From Limnochordia bacterium (lineage in GTDB: Bacteria > Bacillota > Limnochordia > DTU080), in assembly GCA_050951545.1 (NCBI GenBank), contig JBMNJG010000003.1:231881-295880 (forward strand): a stretch of DNA of 64,000 nt, in the 5' to 3' direction. The notes beneath the pieces were generated by a model. It saw nothing but the letters and a program-made list of their open reading frames with translations, was not told where the DNA came from and ran no database searches. Position numbers and translations under genes: made by a program. Positions 1 to 9,189 of this stretch are shown piece after piece. Each line of letters starts with the position of its first letter. The stretch's first letter is position 1.

Positions 1-1175
1 CTGTTCGCCACTGCCTCCTTGCCCAGCAAGTCCAGATGCTCGCTACCAGCCACATAGCCTTCTTCAGCTTCCTGTCGCGTTCCTAACACGACTCGATTCC
101 ACGGACCCTTGCCGCCCTTGGACAGCTGGCGTAGCAACAACCATCCAGCTGCAACCGTCAACGCACCTGCAACGGCGATCGCCTGTAACGCGAGATGCGG
201 GTCCGGAAAGGAGAGAAACAGACTAGTAAGCACAGCCCCAATGCCAGCCACTCCGGCTACACCGAATCCTGGGATAACGAAAACCTCCAATAGCAACAAC
301 ACCAGGCCAATGATGAATAGGAGGATCACCTCCCACCCCACGAGTCCCACAACCAATCGCCCCCCAAAAAACAGGGCGAGCGATGCCAAGGAGACAATTC
401 CTGGCAAACCCCATCCAGGTGTGAGTATCTCGACCAAGAGACCTATGGCTGCGGCTGCTAACAGGAAGCTACCTGCAGAAGGACTGGTCAGCACACGGGC
501 CGCCTTCTCCCCCCAATTCATTGGGACAGTAACCAAGGGATGCGATTGCCCCACAAACTCCTCAACGAGGGCCTCCTTAGTAGGCGCTACAAGCTCAGCG
601 ATTCCCAGGCGGTGCGCCTCCCCAGCCCGCAGAGTGAGCAGCTCCCCCACCTCCACTACCCCCGGAATCGCCACCCGTGCATCGACCATAGCCGCCGCGA
701 CCAGGGGATCACGGCCAAAACGCTCCGCTGTAGCCTCAAACTCCCCCCGTAATGCAGACACAGTCTTGGCGTCGCTAGGACGCGGCTCAGCGGCACCGAT
801 GCTGCTGCCAGCAGCCATCGCCATCTTGCTACCTGCCAAGGCAATCAAGGCCCCTGCAGACCACGCTCTACTGGTGACAAAGGTAAACACGGGGATCTTT
901 GAGGAGACAAGGCAATCGCGTATCTGAACTGCCGCATCTACCCGCCCGCCCCAGGTATCAATCTCCACCACCACCGCAGCGGCCTCCTCAGCCGCTTGCG
1001 CGACCCCACGGCATATATACGCCGACAACCCCTGATCGACCGTGCCTCTTGCCGAGAGTACATGCACTGGTGCTGCAACCCCGGCTGCCCCAGACAGACT
1101 ACATAGGACCAAGACTATCAGTAGGCTGCCGACGCCCAGGGACACACTGCGGCCCTGTGACCATCTCACGGCCAT
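1..1175 (-). CDS. nfeD: NfeD/YqeZ-family membrane-bound serine protease (3' partial, runs off the window)
   Basis: Manual minus-strand translation from ATG 1175 (RBS AAGGGGTGGAG): signal-like MAVRWSQGRSVSLGVGSLLIVLVLCSLSGAAG, then VVVEIDTWGGRVDAA and AWSAGALIALAG..MAAGSSIGAAEP, typical of NfeD. Syntenic downstream of rpsU. Missing from the ORF track because it has no stop in the window. Confidence 0.85.
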   Translation of the reverse strand, partial: MAVRWSQGRSVSLGVGSLLIVLVLCSLSGAAGVAAPVHVLSARGTVDQGLSAYICRGVAQAAEEAAAVVVEIDTWGGRVDAAVQIRDCLVSSKIPVFTFVTSRAWSAGALIALAGSKMAMAAGSSIGAAEPRPSDAKTVSALRGEFEATAERFGRDPLVAAAMVDARVAIPGVVEVGELLTLRAGEAHRLGIAELVAPTKEALVEEFVGQSHPLVTVPMNWGEKAARVLTSPSAGSFLLAAAAIGLLVEILTPGWGLPGIVSLASLALFFGGRLVVGLVGWEVILLFIIGLVLLLLEVFVIPGFGVAGVAGIGAVLTSLFLSFPDPHLALQAIAVAGALTVAAGWLLLRQLSKGGKGPWNRVVLGTRQEAEEGYVAGSEHLDLLGKEAVAN

Positions 1176-1226
1176 CTCCACCCCTTCGTCCCGTGACAGA
1201 TCCCGGTTTCACCCCTAATGACAGAA

Positions 1227-1254
1227 GGGCCACCCGTCCAGAGGAGAGTGGCCC
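1227..1254 (-). terminator. Probable intrinsic terminator after rpsU
   Basis: GGGCCAC...GTGGCCC stem followed by TTCT on the minus strand, about 30 nt after the rpsU stop. Confidence 0.45.
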
Positions 1255-1283
1255 GCCATCGCATCCCCTACTTGGCCGTTCAC

Positions 1284-1478
1284 CTATCGGGGATTCTTAC
1301 GCGATCTTACAGCACGTTTGCGCGCTGCTTCCGCCTTTTTCTTCCTTTTTACGCTGGGTTTGTCGTAAACCTCGTGCTTACGAGCATCAGTGAATACTCC
1401 TGACTTGCGACAGGTCTGCTTGAAGCGTCGCAAAGCGCGATCGAGGGATTCATTTTTACCAACACGAACCTCTGCCAC
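1284..1478 (-). CDS. rpsU: 30S ribosomal protein S21
   Basis: [21 protein letters not shown]...[24 protein letters not shown]; GTG start after AAAGGAGGG. Confidence 0.97.
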   Translation of the reverse strand: MAEVRVGKNESLDRALRRFKQTCRKSGVFTDARKHEVYDKPSVKRKKKAEAARKRAVRSRKNPR

Positions 1479-1570
1479 TACGATCCCTCCTTTCGCGCCT
1501 GACTCTGTGTTCAGCGGCCTCAACTACACTGAGAATCCTACACGCCTGCTGCCAAAGGGTCAACCACCAA

Positions 1571-1921
1571 TCACCCTGGCGGCCACCCCAGTTGGCGCCC
1601 ACCCAATACATGGAAATGGACATGCTGAACGCTTTGTTGCGCATCACGACCGCAGTTATTCACGACACGGTAACCAGAAGCATCTACTTCCAACTGCTTA
1701 GCGATCTCTTTGGCGGCCTCCAGCATTCCGCCCAAGATGCGGACGTCTTCCGTAGTACTCGTGGCGAGCGACGCAATGTGCTTGCGAGGAATGATCACTA
1801 CGTGCACGGGCGCCTGCGGGTTGATATCCCGAAAAGCCACAACCTGCTTATTCTCATACACGATATTAGCAGGTATATCGCCCGCGGCTATGCGACAGAA
1901 GATGCAATCATGATCCGTCAT
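1571..1921 (-). CDS. HIT (histidine triad) nucleotide-binding protein
   Basis: DCIFCRIAAGDIP...FRDINPQAPVHVVIIPRKH...HVHFHVLGGRQLGWPPG; start trimmed to ATG 1921. Confidence 0.95.
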   Translation of the reverse strand: MTDHDCIFCRIAAGDIPANIVYENKQVVAFRDINPQAPVHVVIIPRKHIASLATSTTEDVRILGGMLEAAKEIAKQLEVDASGYRVVNNCGRDAQQSVQHVHFHVLGGRQLGWPPG

Positions 1922-2075
1922 CTTTTGCTGACACTTCCTTAGTACGTCGTTCCACGCTGCATCATCGACATGAGCGCCCATCATCTTTATGGGTGGTGTA
2001 CGCTTAGTCCCATTTCGCCAGAGAAAAGCGGCTTCCTGCTTAGTGCAAGGTTTTCCCTTCACTTGTGCCACATTT

Positions 2076-3491
2076 TTACAGCATCTGCGGCTCCTTCGCT
2101 CTTAGTCCGTCGACAAAGGCTTCCACCGCGGTAGCTCTCACCATGCTGCCTGGTTTGGCAGCATCGATGCCTGGAACATGCACCCGTACATACGTATCCG
2201 TAAGACCTTGCACATAGTCCGGAAACCTGTCAGATGGGGCCTCAACAAGCACCTCCACCGGACAACCAACGAGCTGTCGATGATGGGACAGGGCCAGGTC
2301 ATCGCTCAGCGCGAGTAGCCGCTGTGTCCGCTTGCGCTTGACAGCCGCCTCCACGTGTCCTCCCATGGCCGCAGCCCGTGTCCCTGCCCGACGCGAGTAG
2401 GGAAAGACATGGATCTTACTAAAGTCCATCCCAGCGCAGAAATCACAGGTTGCCTCGAAACTGGCGTCCGTTTCTCCAGGAAAGGCCACGATGATGTCCG
2501 TCGTAATCGCCAGGCCTGGCACAGCCCTACGCAGCTGGCTTACCTGTTGAGCGTACTCAGCAACGGAGTTACGCCGCCTCATAGCTCGGAGTATAGTGTC
2601 GTCACCTGCTTGTGCCGGGATATGCAAGTGCCTGCATATGCGCCTGTTGCCCGCCATGACTGCGATGAGCTCGGAAGTGATCTCATGGGGATCGAGCGAG
2701 CTGAGGCGTAGACGCAGAAGCCCAGGCACTGCTGCTACCGCCTGCACCAGATCCGCCAAGGTTAGAGGGCTCACCAGATCCGCACCGTAGGCTCCTAAGT
2801 GTACCCCAGCTAATACGATCTCCGGAACGCCAGCGGACACCAGAGCCTGCGCCTCCTCCAGTATATGGTGTGGGAGACGACTGCGACTGCGTCCACGAAT
2901 CCGCGGAATCAGGCAGTATGAGCAGAACTCGTTGCAGCCATCCTGCACCTTGATGACCGCCCGGCTTCTCCCCTCCACGTGAGTCGCCGGCATTTCTTCA
3001 TACTCCCGGCACTGGGCTATCTTCCCCACCGCGCCAATAGGCTGCCCAGTTGCCGCGGCTTTCTCAACGAAGTCCACAATCCGCCTCCGCCCATCGGTAC
3101 CGACCACAATGTCTACGCCGCCAATGGCCGCTACCTCAGCAGCTGCTGCCTGTGAGTGGCAACCCATGGCGACCACAATAGCCCCAGGATTCCGCCTGAC
3201 GGCACGTCGGATCATCTGGCGCGACTTCCTCGCCCCGACATTCGTGACACTGCAGGTGTTTATCACATAGACATCGGCCTCTTCACTGAAGTCGACGATA
3301 CGGTATCCCCGCTCGCGAAACATGCTAGCCACAGCTTGCGTCTCGTACATGTTCACTTTACAGCCTAGTGTCGTAAAGGCTGCTCGTTTGGGCTCTGCTA
3401 TACCACTCAGCGCTAATCCCTCCGGCAACAGTGTAGCGATTGGGGTCTCTTGTGGCAAGAGCTCAGGCAGCTCTTCATAAAGAGGGTACAC
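2076..3491 (-). CDS. mtaB: tRNA t6A37 methylthiotransferase MtaB (radical SAM)
   Basis: TLGCKVNMYET, VINTCSVT, KVQDGCNEFCSYC, HVFPYSRRAGTRAA; usual position next to HIT/rpsU; exact start uncertain. Confidence 0.93.
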   Translation of the reverse strand: MYPLYEELPELLPQETPIATLLPEGLALSGIAEPKRAAFTTLGCKVNMYETQAVASMFRERGYRIVDFSEEADVYVINTCSVTNVGARKSRQMIRRAVRRNPGAIVVAMGCHSQAAAAEVAAIGGVDIVVGTDGRRRIVDFVEKAAATGQPIGAVGKIAQCREYEEMPATHVEGRSRAVIKVQDGCNEFCSYCLIPRIRGRSRSRLPHHILEEAQALVSAGVPEIVLAGVHLGAYGADLVSPLTLADLVQAVAAVPGLLRLRLSSLDPHEITSELIAVMAGNRRICRHLHIPAQAGDDTILRAMRRRNSVAEYAQQVSQLRRAVPGLAITTDIIVAFPGETDASFEATCDFCAGMDFSKIHVFPYSRRAGTRAAAMGGHVEAAVKRKRTQRLLALSDDLALSHHRQLVGCPVEVLVEAPSDRFPDYVQGLTDTYVRVHVPGIDAAKPGSMVRATAVEAFVDGLRAKEPQML

Positions 3492-3536
3492 TCAGCACCC
3501 CGCCGAAAAGAGTCCAAAAGATGGAGGTGTACCGCG

Positions 3537-4232
3537 TTGAAACAGCGCGTACTGGTTGTCGACGATGAACCAGCCATCCTGGAGCTCGTCTCCTTCAACC
3601 TAAAAAAGGAAGGCTACGACGTCGTCACAGCAGCCGACGGCAAGAGCGCTCTAGAAGTGTTCGCGGCTGAGAAGCCCGACTTGGTCGTCCTGGATCTGAT
3701 GATTCCCGAACCCGACGGTTACGAGGTCTGCAAGCTCATCCGTGCCCAAAGTGCTGTGCCCGTGATCATGCTGACAGCCAGAGGCGAAGAACAAGACCGC
3801 GTCCGCGGACTGGATCTGGGCGCCGACGATTACGTTGTCAAGCCTTTCAGTCCACGTGAGCTGCTGGCCCGAGTTCGTGCGGTGCTGCGCCGCTCCCCTG
3901 TTGCCCAGGAAACCGACCGCCTGGTCGCCGGAGACCTAGTCATCGACAGTGAACGGCACCAAGTGACCATTGCGGGAGAACTCGTGGAACTCACGCCGAA
4001 GGAATTTGATCTACTCAAGATGCTTGCCGAAAATGCTGGCAGAGCACTTGAGAGAGACTTCTTGCTTGAGAAGGTGTGGGGCTACGCTTTCGCTGGGGCA
4101 ACCCGCACACTGGACGTGCATATTCGCCGCCTGCGACAGAAAATCGACGATGACCCGCAGAACCCTCGCTATATCGAGACCGTGCACGGCGTAGGATACC
4201 GCTTCAGAGAGCAGGGCGGACAAGATGCTTGA
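3537..4232 (+). CDS. phoP: OmpR/PhoP-family response regulator
   Basis: RVLVVDDE, LVVLDLM, MLTA, GADDYVVKPF, RTLDVHIRRLRQKI, IETVHGVGY; TTG start after GGAGGT; clustered with phoR and phoU. Confidence 0.88.
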   Translation: MKQRVLVVDDEPAILELVSFNLKKEGYDVVTAADGKSALEVFAAEKPDLVVLDLMIPEPDGYEVCKLIRAQSAVPVIMLTARGEEQDRVRGLDLGADDYVVKPFSPRELLARVRAVLRRSPVAQETDRLVAGDLVIDSERHQVTIAGELVELTPKEFDLLKMLAENAGRALERDFLLEKVWGYAFAGATRTLDVHIRRLRQKIDDDPQNPRYIETVHGVGYRFREQGGQDA

Positions 4233-4285
4233 GCAGCCTGGCAGTATAGCGGGTCATCGCGATAGCCAGCGCTGGAGTCGCTGGC

Positions 4286-5575
4286 TTGCTTATCGGCTTA
4301 GGTTTCTGGGGCTGGGCGCTGCTTCCTGCGGGATTCGCCGCGTACCTCGCCTGGCAAGTGACCTACCGTAGTGCTGCAGCGAGGGCGGGCCTGGCCCAGC
4401 TTGAGGCCGCGATCGCGCAGCTGCCTGAAGGCAAGCTGCCCAGTCTCTCTTCGGTACCAGGCGTCGAGCTCATCCACCTGGCCGCCACTCTCGAGGAGAT
4501 GCATGAGCGCGTGCAGCAACGCTTGACGCAGCTTGAGCACGACCGAGATCGCCTGCAAGCAGTTTTTACCAGCATGCGTGACGCCGTAATCGCCCTGGGC
4601 TCATCAGGACGCATCGCGCTCATCAACCCAGGGGCCGAGCGCTTGTTTCACGTCGAGGCTAAGGAGGTCGAAGGTCGCACTGTCCTAGAAGTCATCCGGC
4701 ATCGTCAGCTATCCCGGGCCATGCAACAGGCCTTAGGTGGAGCACAGCCTATTACCTTCGAATTTGAGACGATTGACGTGCCACCTCGCCATCTTCAGGC
4801 TGAGGTTGCTCCTGTGCGAACCGTAGCCGGCAAGTTGTCCGGAGCAGTCGCCGTGTTGCACGACGTCACGCAACTGCGGCAACTGGAGAGGATTCGTTCC
4901 GAGTTTGTGGCCAACGTTTCCCATGAATTGCGCACCCCCATTACTTCCATCAAAGGTTTCCTGGAAACCCTCCTTGACGGGGCGATGCACGAACCTGAGG
5001 TTTGCGAGCGTTTCCTCTCTATCCTCGCGAGCGAAACAGAGCGACTAGCGCGTCTCGTTGACGACCTTCTGGAGCTCTCACGTCTGGAAAAAGACGAAGC
5101 CCCTATGACCTTGGAGACTCTCAACCTACAGGCCGAAGCCACGCAAGCCCTCGAGCTTGTGGCGCCCATGGCCCAAGAACAGGGCCTCACTCTTGCCTTG
5201 CAGGTGCCTGCAAGTCTTCAGGTTAAAGCCGATGCCTCCCAGCTGCGTCAGGCGCTTCTAAATCTTCTCGATAATGCCATCAAATACACGCCGCAAGGTG
5301 GGCGCGTCTGGATAGAAGGAAGCGACGTCGCCGAAGATGGGCTCGTCACGATTAGCGTTTGTGACACTGGTCAAGGAATTCCGTCGCGCCATGTGCCTCG
5401 GCTCTTTGAGCGATTCTATAGAGTCGACAAGGCTCGATCAAGAGCCATGGGAGGAACGGGGCTGGGCCTCTCCATCGTCCGACACATCGTCGAACAACAC
5501 GGGGGTCAGATCCACGTGGAAAGCAAAATGGGACACGGAAGTCGCTTCACGATTGCCCTCCCGAGACACCCCTAG
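4286..5575 (+). CDS. phoR: PhoR-like PAS-domain histidine kinase
   Basis: N-terminal TM, PAS (INPGAERLF), H-box FVANVSHELRTPITSIKG, N-box NLLDNAIKY, G-boxes DTGQGI / GTGLGL, FYRVDKARSR. Confidence 0.9.
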   Translation: MLIGLGFWGWALLPAGFAAYLAWQVTYRSAAARAGLAQLEAAIAQLPEGKLPSLSSVPGVELIHLAATLEEMHERVQQRLTQLEHDRDRLQAVFTSMRDAVIALGSSGRIALINPGAERLFHVEAKEVEGRTVLEVIRHRQLSRAMQQALGGAQPITFEFETIDVPPRHLQAEVAPVRTVAGKLSGAVAVLHDVTQLRQLERIRSEFVANVSHELRTPITSIKGFLETLLDGAMHEPEVCERFLSILASETERLARLVDDLLELSRLEKDEAPMTLETLNLQAEATQALELVAPMAQEQGLTLALQVPASLQVKADASQLRQALLNLLDNAIKYTPQGGRVWIEGSDVAEDGLVTISVCDTGQGIPSRHVPRLFERFYRVDKARSRAMGGTGLGLSIVRHIVEQHGGQIHVESKMGHGSRFTIALPRHP

Positions 5576-5591
5576 TTACCTGTCCTGAGTC

Positions 5592-5648
5592 TTTACATAT
5601 TGTTTACTACCCTGCAGACGGCGTGTCCTGGGTTTGTGGTGTTATACT
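5592..5648 (+). promoter_or_regulatory. Candidate Pho box (TTTACA-N5-TTTACT) and extended -10 (TGtTATACT) upstream of the Pst-like genes
   Basis: TTTACA 5592-5597 and TTTACT 5603-5608 have the 11-bp period of the B. subtilis PhoP TT(A/T/C)ACA repeats; TGtTATACT lies at 5640-5648. Confidence 0.45.
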
Positions 5649-5661
5649 TGAAGGTGATGAA

Positions 5662-7026
5662 ATGTCGGGGGGGATCGCGCTGAACCTAGTGGCGTCTTTG
5701 CCAACAGTCACCAGCACAGCCGTAGCCAGTCTACTGCTTGCGGGGCTTACAAGCGCGACAATCGCTTTCATTCTTCCGCAGGGCGCTGCCAGTTTCGTGC
5801 GCCTTGGCATGGAGTGGGCCTCTGTCTTGTCGGGAGTCGGTTACCTGGCCTTTGCCCTGGCTTTCACTGGTCGGATCTCTTTCGTGCTTGGCGGCGTAGC
5901 CATTGTCTTATCATACCTGCCGCTCAGCGTCCTTCTCCTGTTGCATGCTCTCGAGCCCCACTGGACAGAGTTGGTAGCTGGTCGTGCATTGGGTCTGTCA
6001 GTATGGCAAATCGTGGTGGCTACAATCGCAAAAGCCCGTGTGACGCTACGCGCTGCAGTCGGACTCTATGCGTCACGTCTTCTAGCGGATTTGGTCGCTT
6101 TGTCAGCGATCTCAGAAGCAAGGGGTAGCATTGCCTGGGCACTCTGCCTTCTGCCCATCTCGATCTTGTGTTTTCGAAGGTCCCTGGCGGTATTTGTCAC
6201 CGGTACGGGTCGGCCTATCTATCCACCTCTGTTTGGCCCACTCCCTGAATTACCACCGCGCCTACGAGTTACGCCTAGATTGGCGATTCCCGCTTACCTG
6301 ACGCTGTATACTACAGTTTTGGTTGTGGCGGCTGCGGCTGTGCTAGAGTTTGGAGGCCTAGCCGTTTTGCACAGTTGGGCCGCCGGAACACTGTCTGGTT
6401 TGTCTCAGCCGCCCATACAGACAGATGCTGTGCGGGCGGCTATAGGCGACGCGCTCCCCATTCTTGCCGGTGCGGGCTCCCTGGTACTGCTGTGGAGGCG
6501 TAGCCGTGGCCGTATCCGTTGCAGGGCATTTTCATCGCTAGCCGTGAGTGCAGCTGCTTTGTCGCCCATCCTCTTGGCCTACCCAGCCGTGGCCATCTTT
6601 GAGGCCGAGCAACCCATTTGGCTTTTTTTCGCAATTGCTGGACTGGCTGTCTACATCGCGCTTCAAGATATCGCCGCACGGTGGGCGCATTCCCTAGCAG
6701 CTAGACGCATGTTGAGGCCTGGTCAAGCCACAGCTGCTGCAGCGGCAGGAGCTCTGGGTCTGCCGACCATGGAACCCTATGGCCGTGTTTTCTTCCTCAG
6801 CCAGGCGCTCTCTTCAGCCGCTGCCTGGTTTGCTAGTGCGGCATTCCTAGTCGCTCTCAACTGCCCCCGCCAGAGTCTCTCTGCAGCACCTGCACTGGTG
6901 TGGGCGGTCATGGCTGGTGCCGCCCAGGCGTCTGCCCTGGCTCTGCGCTCAACAGAGCCTCGCCCGCAGCTACGTGAAGGGGCACAACCTACTACGTTGG
7001 AGGATCTCTGGAATGAGATTACCTGA
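5662..7026 (+). CDS. Highly diverged fused PstC/PstA-like ABC permease
   Basis: Polytopic membrane protein with two degenerate EAA-loop-like segments (ELVAGRALGLSVWQIV...LRAAVGLYASRLLAD; TAAAAAGALGLPTMEPYGRVFF); sits between phoR and the pstB-like gene; ATG 5662 after GAAGGTGA. Confidence 0.6.
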   Translation: MSGGIALNLVASLPTVTSTAVASLLLAGLTSATIAFILPQGAASFVRLGMEWASVLSGVGYLAFALAFTGRISFVLGGVAIVLSYLPLSVLLLLHALEPHWTELVAGRALGLSVWQIVVATIAKARVTLRAAVGLYASRLLADLVALSAISEARGSIAWALCLLPISILCFRRSLAVFVTGTGRPIYPPLFGPLPELPPRLRVTPRLAIPAYLTLYTTVLVVAAAAVLEFGGLAVLHSWAAGTLSGLSQPPIQTDAVRAAIGDALPILAGAGSLVLLWRRSRGRIRCRAFSSLAVSAAALSPILLAYPAVAIFEAEQPIWLFFAIAGLAVYIALQDIAARWAHSLAARRMLRPGQATAAAAAGALGLPTMEPYGRVFFLSQALSSAAAWFASAAFLVALNCPRQSLSAAPALVWAVMAGAAQASALALRSTEPRPQLREGAQPTTLEDLWNEIT

Positions 7027-7834
7027 ACCGCCAAGCTCGCTTTCTCTGGCTGTGGCCAACCTCACCGCGCAGGTGGATGGGGTGCAACTGCTAGATCACG
7101 TTTCCTTTGAGGTACCGGCTGGTGGTAGCCTGTCGATCGTGGGTCCAGTGGGCTCAGGCAAATCGGCACTGATGTGGGCTATCAACCGCCTCTTGGACGA
7201 AGTGCCAGGCGCTCACGTTGACGGGCGGATTCTCGTGGCCGGAGTGGATATCACCCAGGTCGCTTCACGCGTGCTGCGGCGACGCGTCGGCCTGCTTATC
7301 CCCACACCCTTGGCTCGTACACCTTTTGACGAGATCGCCCTGTCTTTGCGGGGCCTGTCTCGAGAGGAGATCGGTGAACAGACCGAGCGAGTTCTACGCC
7401 TGGTGGGCCTATGGCACGAAATGCGTGATCGCCTACGCAGACCGTACAACGTCAACAACCCGGTGACTCTCCGCCTAATGGCTCTGGCTCGCGCCCTCGC
7501 CACTTCTCCCGGACTGCTATTGCTGGATGACCCCACAAGAGGTCTGGACAGCATTGGCAGAGCCCGCTTTGAGGATACTGTGATGGCGGCCACCGCGGCA
7601 GGCACCATGACTCTGCTCTGGGCGACCCGAGAGCCCGACCAAGCCGGGCGGGTGGCCAAGCACATGGCCTTTCTCTGTTGCGGGAAGATCATCGAGACAG
7701 GGCCTACAGAGAGCCTCTTCGAGCGCCCCAAAGATCCTCGCACCGAGAGCTTCCTTACAGGGAACTACAAAAGGCTTCTCTCCCTCGTAAGTCGTTCATC
7801 ATCACAGGATCTGTCTGGAGGCAGGAACTCATGA
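7013..7834 (+). CDS. pstB: PstB-like ABC ATPase with degenerate catalytic motifs
   Basis: Walker A GPVGSGKS and PstB-specific INRLLDEVPG, GLWHEMRDRL, FERPKDPRTESFLTG are present; Q-loop, LSGGQ, Walker B Glu and H-loop are substituted; ATG 7013 after GGAGG. Confidence 0.8.
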   Translation: MRLPEPPSSLSLAVANLTAQVDGVQLLDHVSFEVPAGGSLSIVGPVGSGKSALMWAINRLLDEVPGAHVDGRILVAGVDITQVASRVLRRRVGLLIPTPLARTPFDEIALSLRGLSREEIGEQTERVLRLVGLWHEMRDRLRRPYNVNNPVTLRLMALARALATSPGLLLLDDPTRGLDSIGRARFEDTVMAATAAGTMTLLWATREPDQAGRVAKHMAFLCCGKIIETGPTESLFERPKDPRTESFLTGNYKRLLSLVSRSSSQDLSGGRNS

Positions 7835-8487
7835 ACGAAGGCCGCTGCTGCCATCAACTAGAGAGCATCCACCATGACATCCTGCGCATGGGCACTCTTG
7901 TAGAAGAAGCGATTCGCGATGCCGATCGCGCTTTGTCAGAACAAGACCTCAGCCTCGCTGAATCCGTCATTGAGGGCGACAAAGCCATCGATGATCTGGA
8001 GAGAGGCATAGAAACCGATTGCATACGCATCCTAGCTCTCCGCCATCCTCTGGCCAGCGACCTGCGGACTGTGACCACCGCCCTCAAGGTGATCACCGAC
8101 TTGGAGCGCATGGGTGATCATGCCACCGATATTGCCCTTATCACCGTGAGGATAGGAGTCAACCCACTGATCAAGCCTCTTGTTGATATCCCACGCATGT
8201 CCACTCTGGCCCGCCAGATGGTACATGAGAGCCTCGATGCATTCGTCAGACGCGACGTGGCTCTGGCGGAGAAGGTCTGTGGTGACGACGACCCTGTTGA
8301 CAAGCTCTATTCAGAACTCCACGACGAGCTGCTGGGCTTCATTGTGCAAGGGGACAGTGCGGTGCGTGCGGAGCAGGCTCTGAACCTACTCTTTGTGGCG
8401 CGTTACTTGGAAAGAATCGCAGATCACGCCACCAACATTGCTGAACGCGTGATCTATCTAGTCACTGGCGAACGCGTTTGCCCCTAG
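7831..8487 (+). CDS. phoU: Phosphate signalling protein PhoU
   Basis: PLASDLR, DLERMGDHA, PLIKPLVDIPRM, YLERIADHATNIAERVIY; ATGA overlap with the pstB-like stop. Confidence 0.95.
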   Translation: MNEGRCCHQLESIHHDILRMGTLVEEAIRDADRALSEQDLSLAESVIEGDKAIDDLERGIETDCIRILALRHPLASDLRTVTTALKVITDLERMGDHATDIALITVRIGVNPLIKPLVDIPRMSTLARQMVHESLDAFVRRDVALAEKVCGDDDPVDKLYSELHDELLGFIVQGDSAVRAEQALNLLFVARYLERIADHATNIAERVIYLVTGERVCP

Positions 8488-9185
8488 CAGACGCTGTCAA
8501 CCAGCCACGGGCGAAAGCCAAGGGCATCAGCAGCCACCAGCTGATAGAAAACACCTCGATAGCATCCTTGCAGAGCTCGCCTGCCAGGTTCGCCGTGAAG
8601 ATGACCATAGACACATAGCGCCACGCCGTACTCCTCTAGGATCTCCGTAAATCCCGTAGGCATGGCACCGCTCTCTGCGGGCGGAAAATGCATCATCGCC
8701 ACCAAGCGGCGGGCTCCGGATCTCCGGCCATGTTCTAGTGAGAAACGCAACCGCTGAAGCTCCCGCTCGTAGATACGGATATCGTGCGCACTGACCCCTT
8801 CTTTTGAGGGAAGATCCCACCCACGCGCACCACAGACTGCCGTAGCGTCAGGCAAAAGTACGCAGTCATTCTGAATGGCCTGCACGTTAGAGGGCAACAG
8901 CTGGCGCACTTTGCCGATGCCTTGCCACCAATAATCATGATTTCCTCGCAACAAGACAATATGACCAGGAAGATCGCCGAGGTAGGCCAGATCAGGCAGG
9001 ACATCCTCTAGGCGCATAGCCCAGGAGATATCACCCGGAACCAACACCCAATCGTCGCTGTGCACAACGCTATGCCAGGCCTCACGCAGCCGCGTCACAT
9101 GATCGCGCCACTGAATGCCAAAGACATCCATGGGCTTGTCCTGGCCTCCTGGCAAGTGTAGATCGCCGATGGCAAACAGCCTCAT
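8484..9185 (-). CDS. Calcineurin-like metallophosphoesterase
   Basis: FAIGDLHL, PGDISWA, RGNHDYWW, MHFPP, VYGHLH. Confidence 0.9.
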   Translation of the reverse strand: MRLFAIGDLHLPGGQDKPMDVFGIQWRDHVTRLREAWHSVVHSDDWVLVPGDISWAMRLEDVLPDLAYLGDLPGHIVLLRGNHDYWWQGIGKVRQLLPSNVQAIQNDCVLLPDATAVCGARGWDLPSKEGVSAHDIRIYERELQRLRFSLEHGRRSGARRLVAMMHFPPAESGAMPTGFTEILEEYGVALCVYGHLHGEPGRRALQGCYRGVFYQLVAADALGFRPWLVDSVC

Positions 9186-9189
9186 CGAG

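Noticed and set aside
109-1393. Plus-strand ORFs of 272 aa and 164 aa
   Set aside because: They are antisense shadows of nfeD and rpsU, which carry clear family motifs on the minus strand
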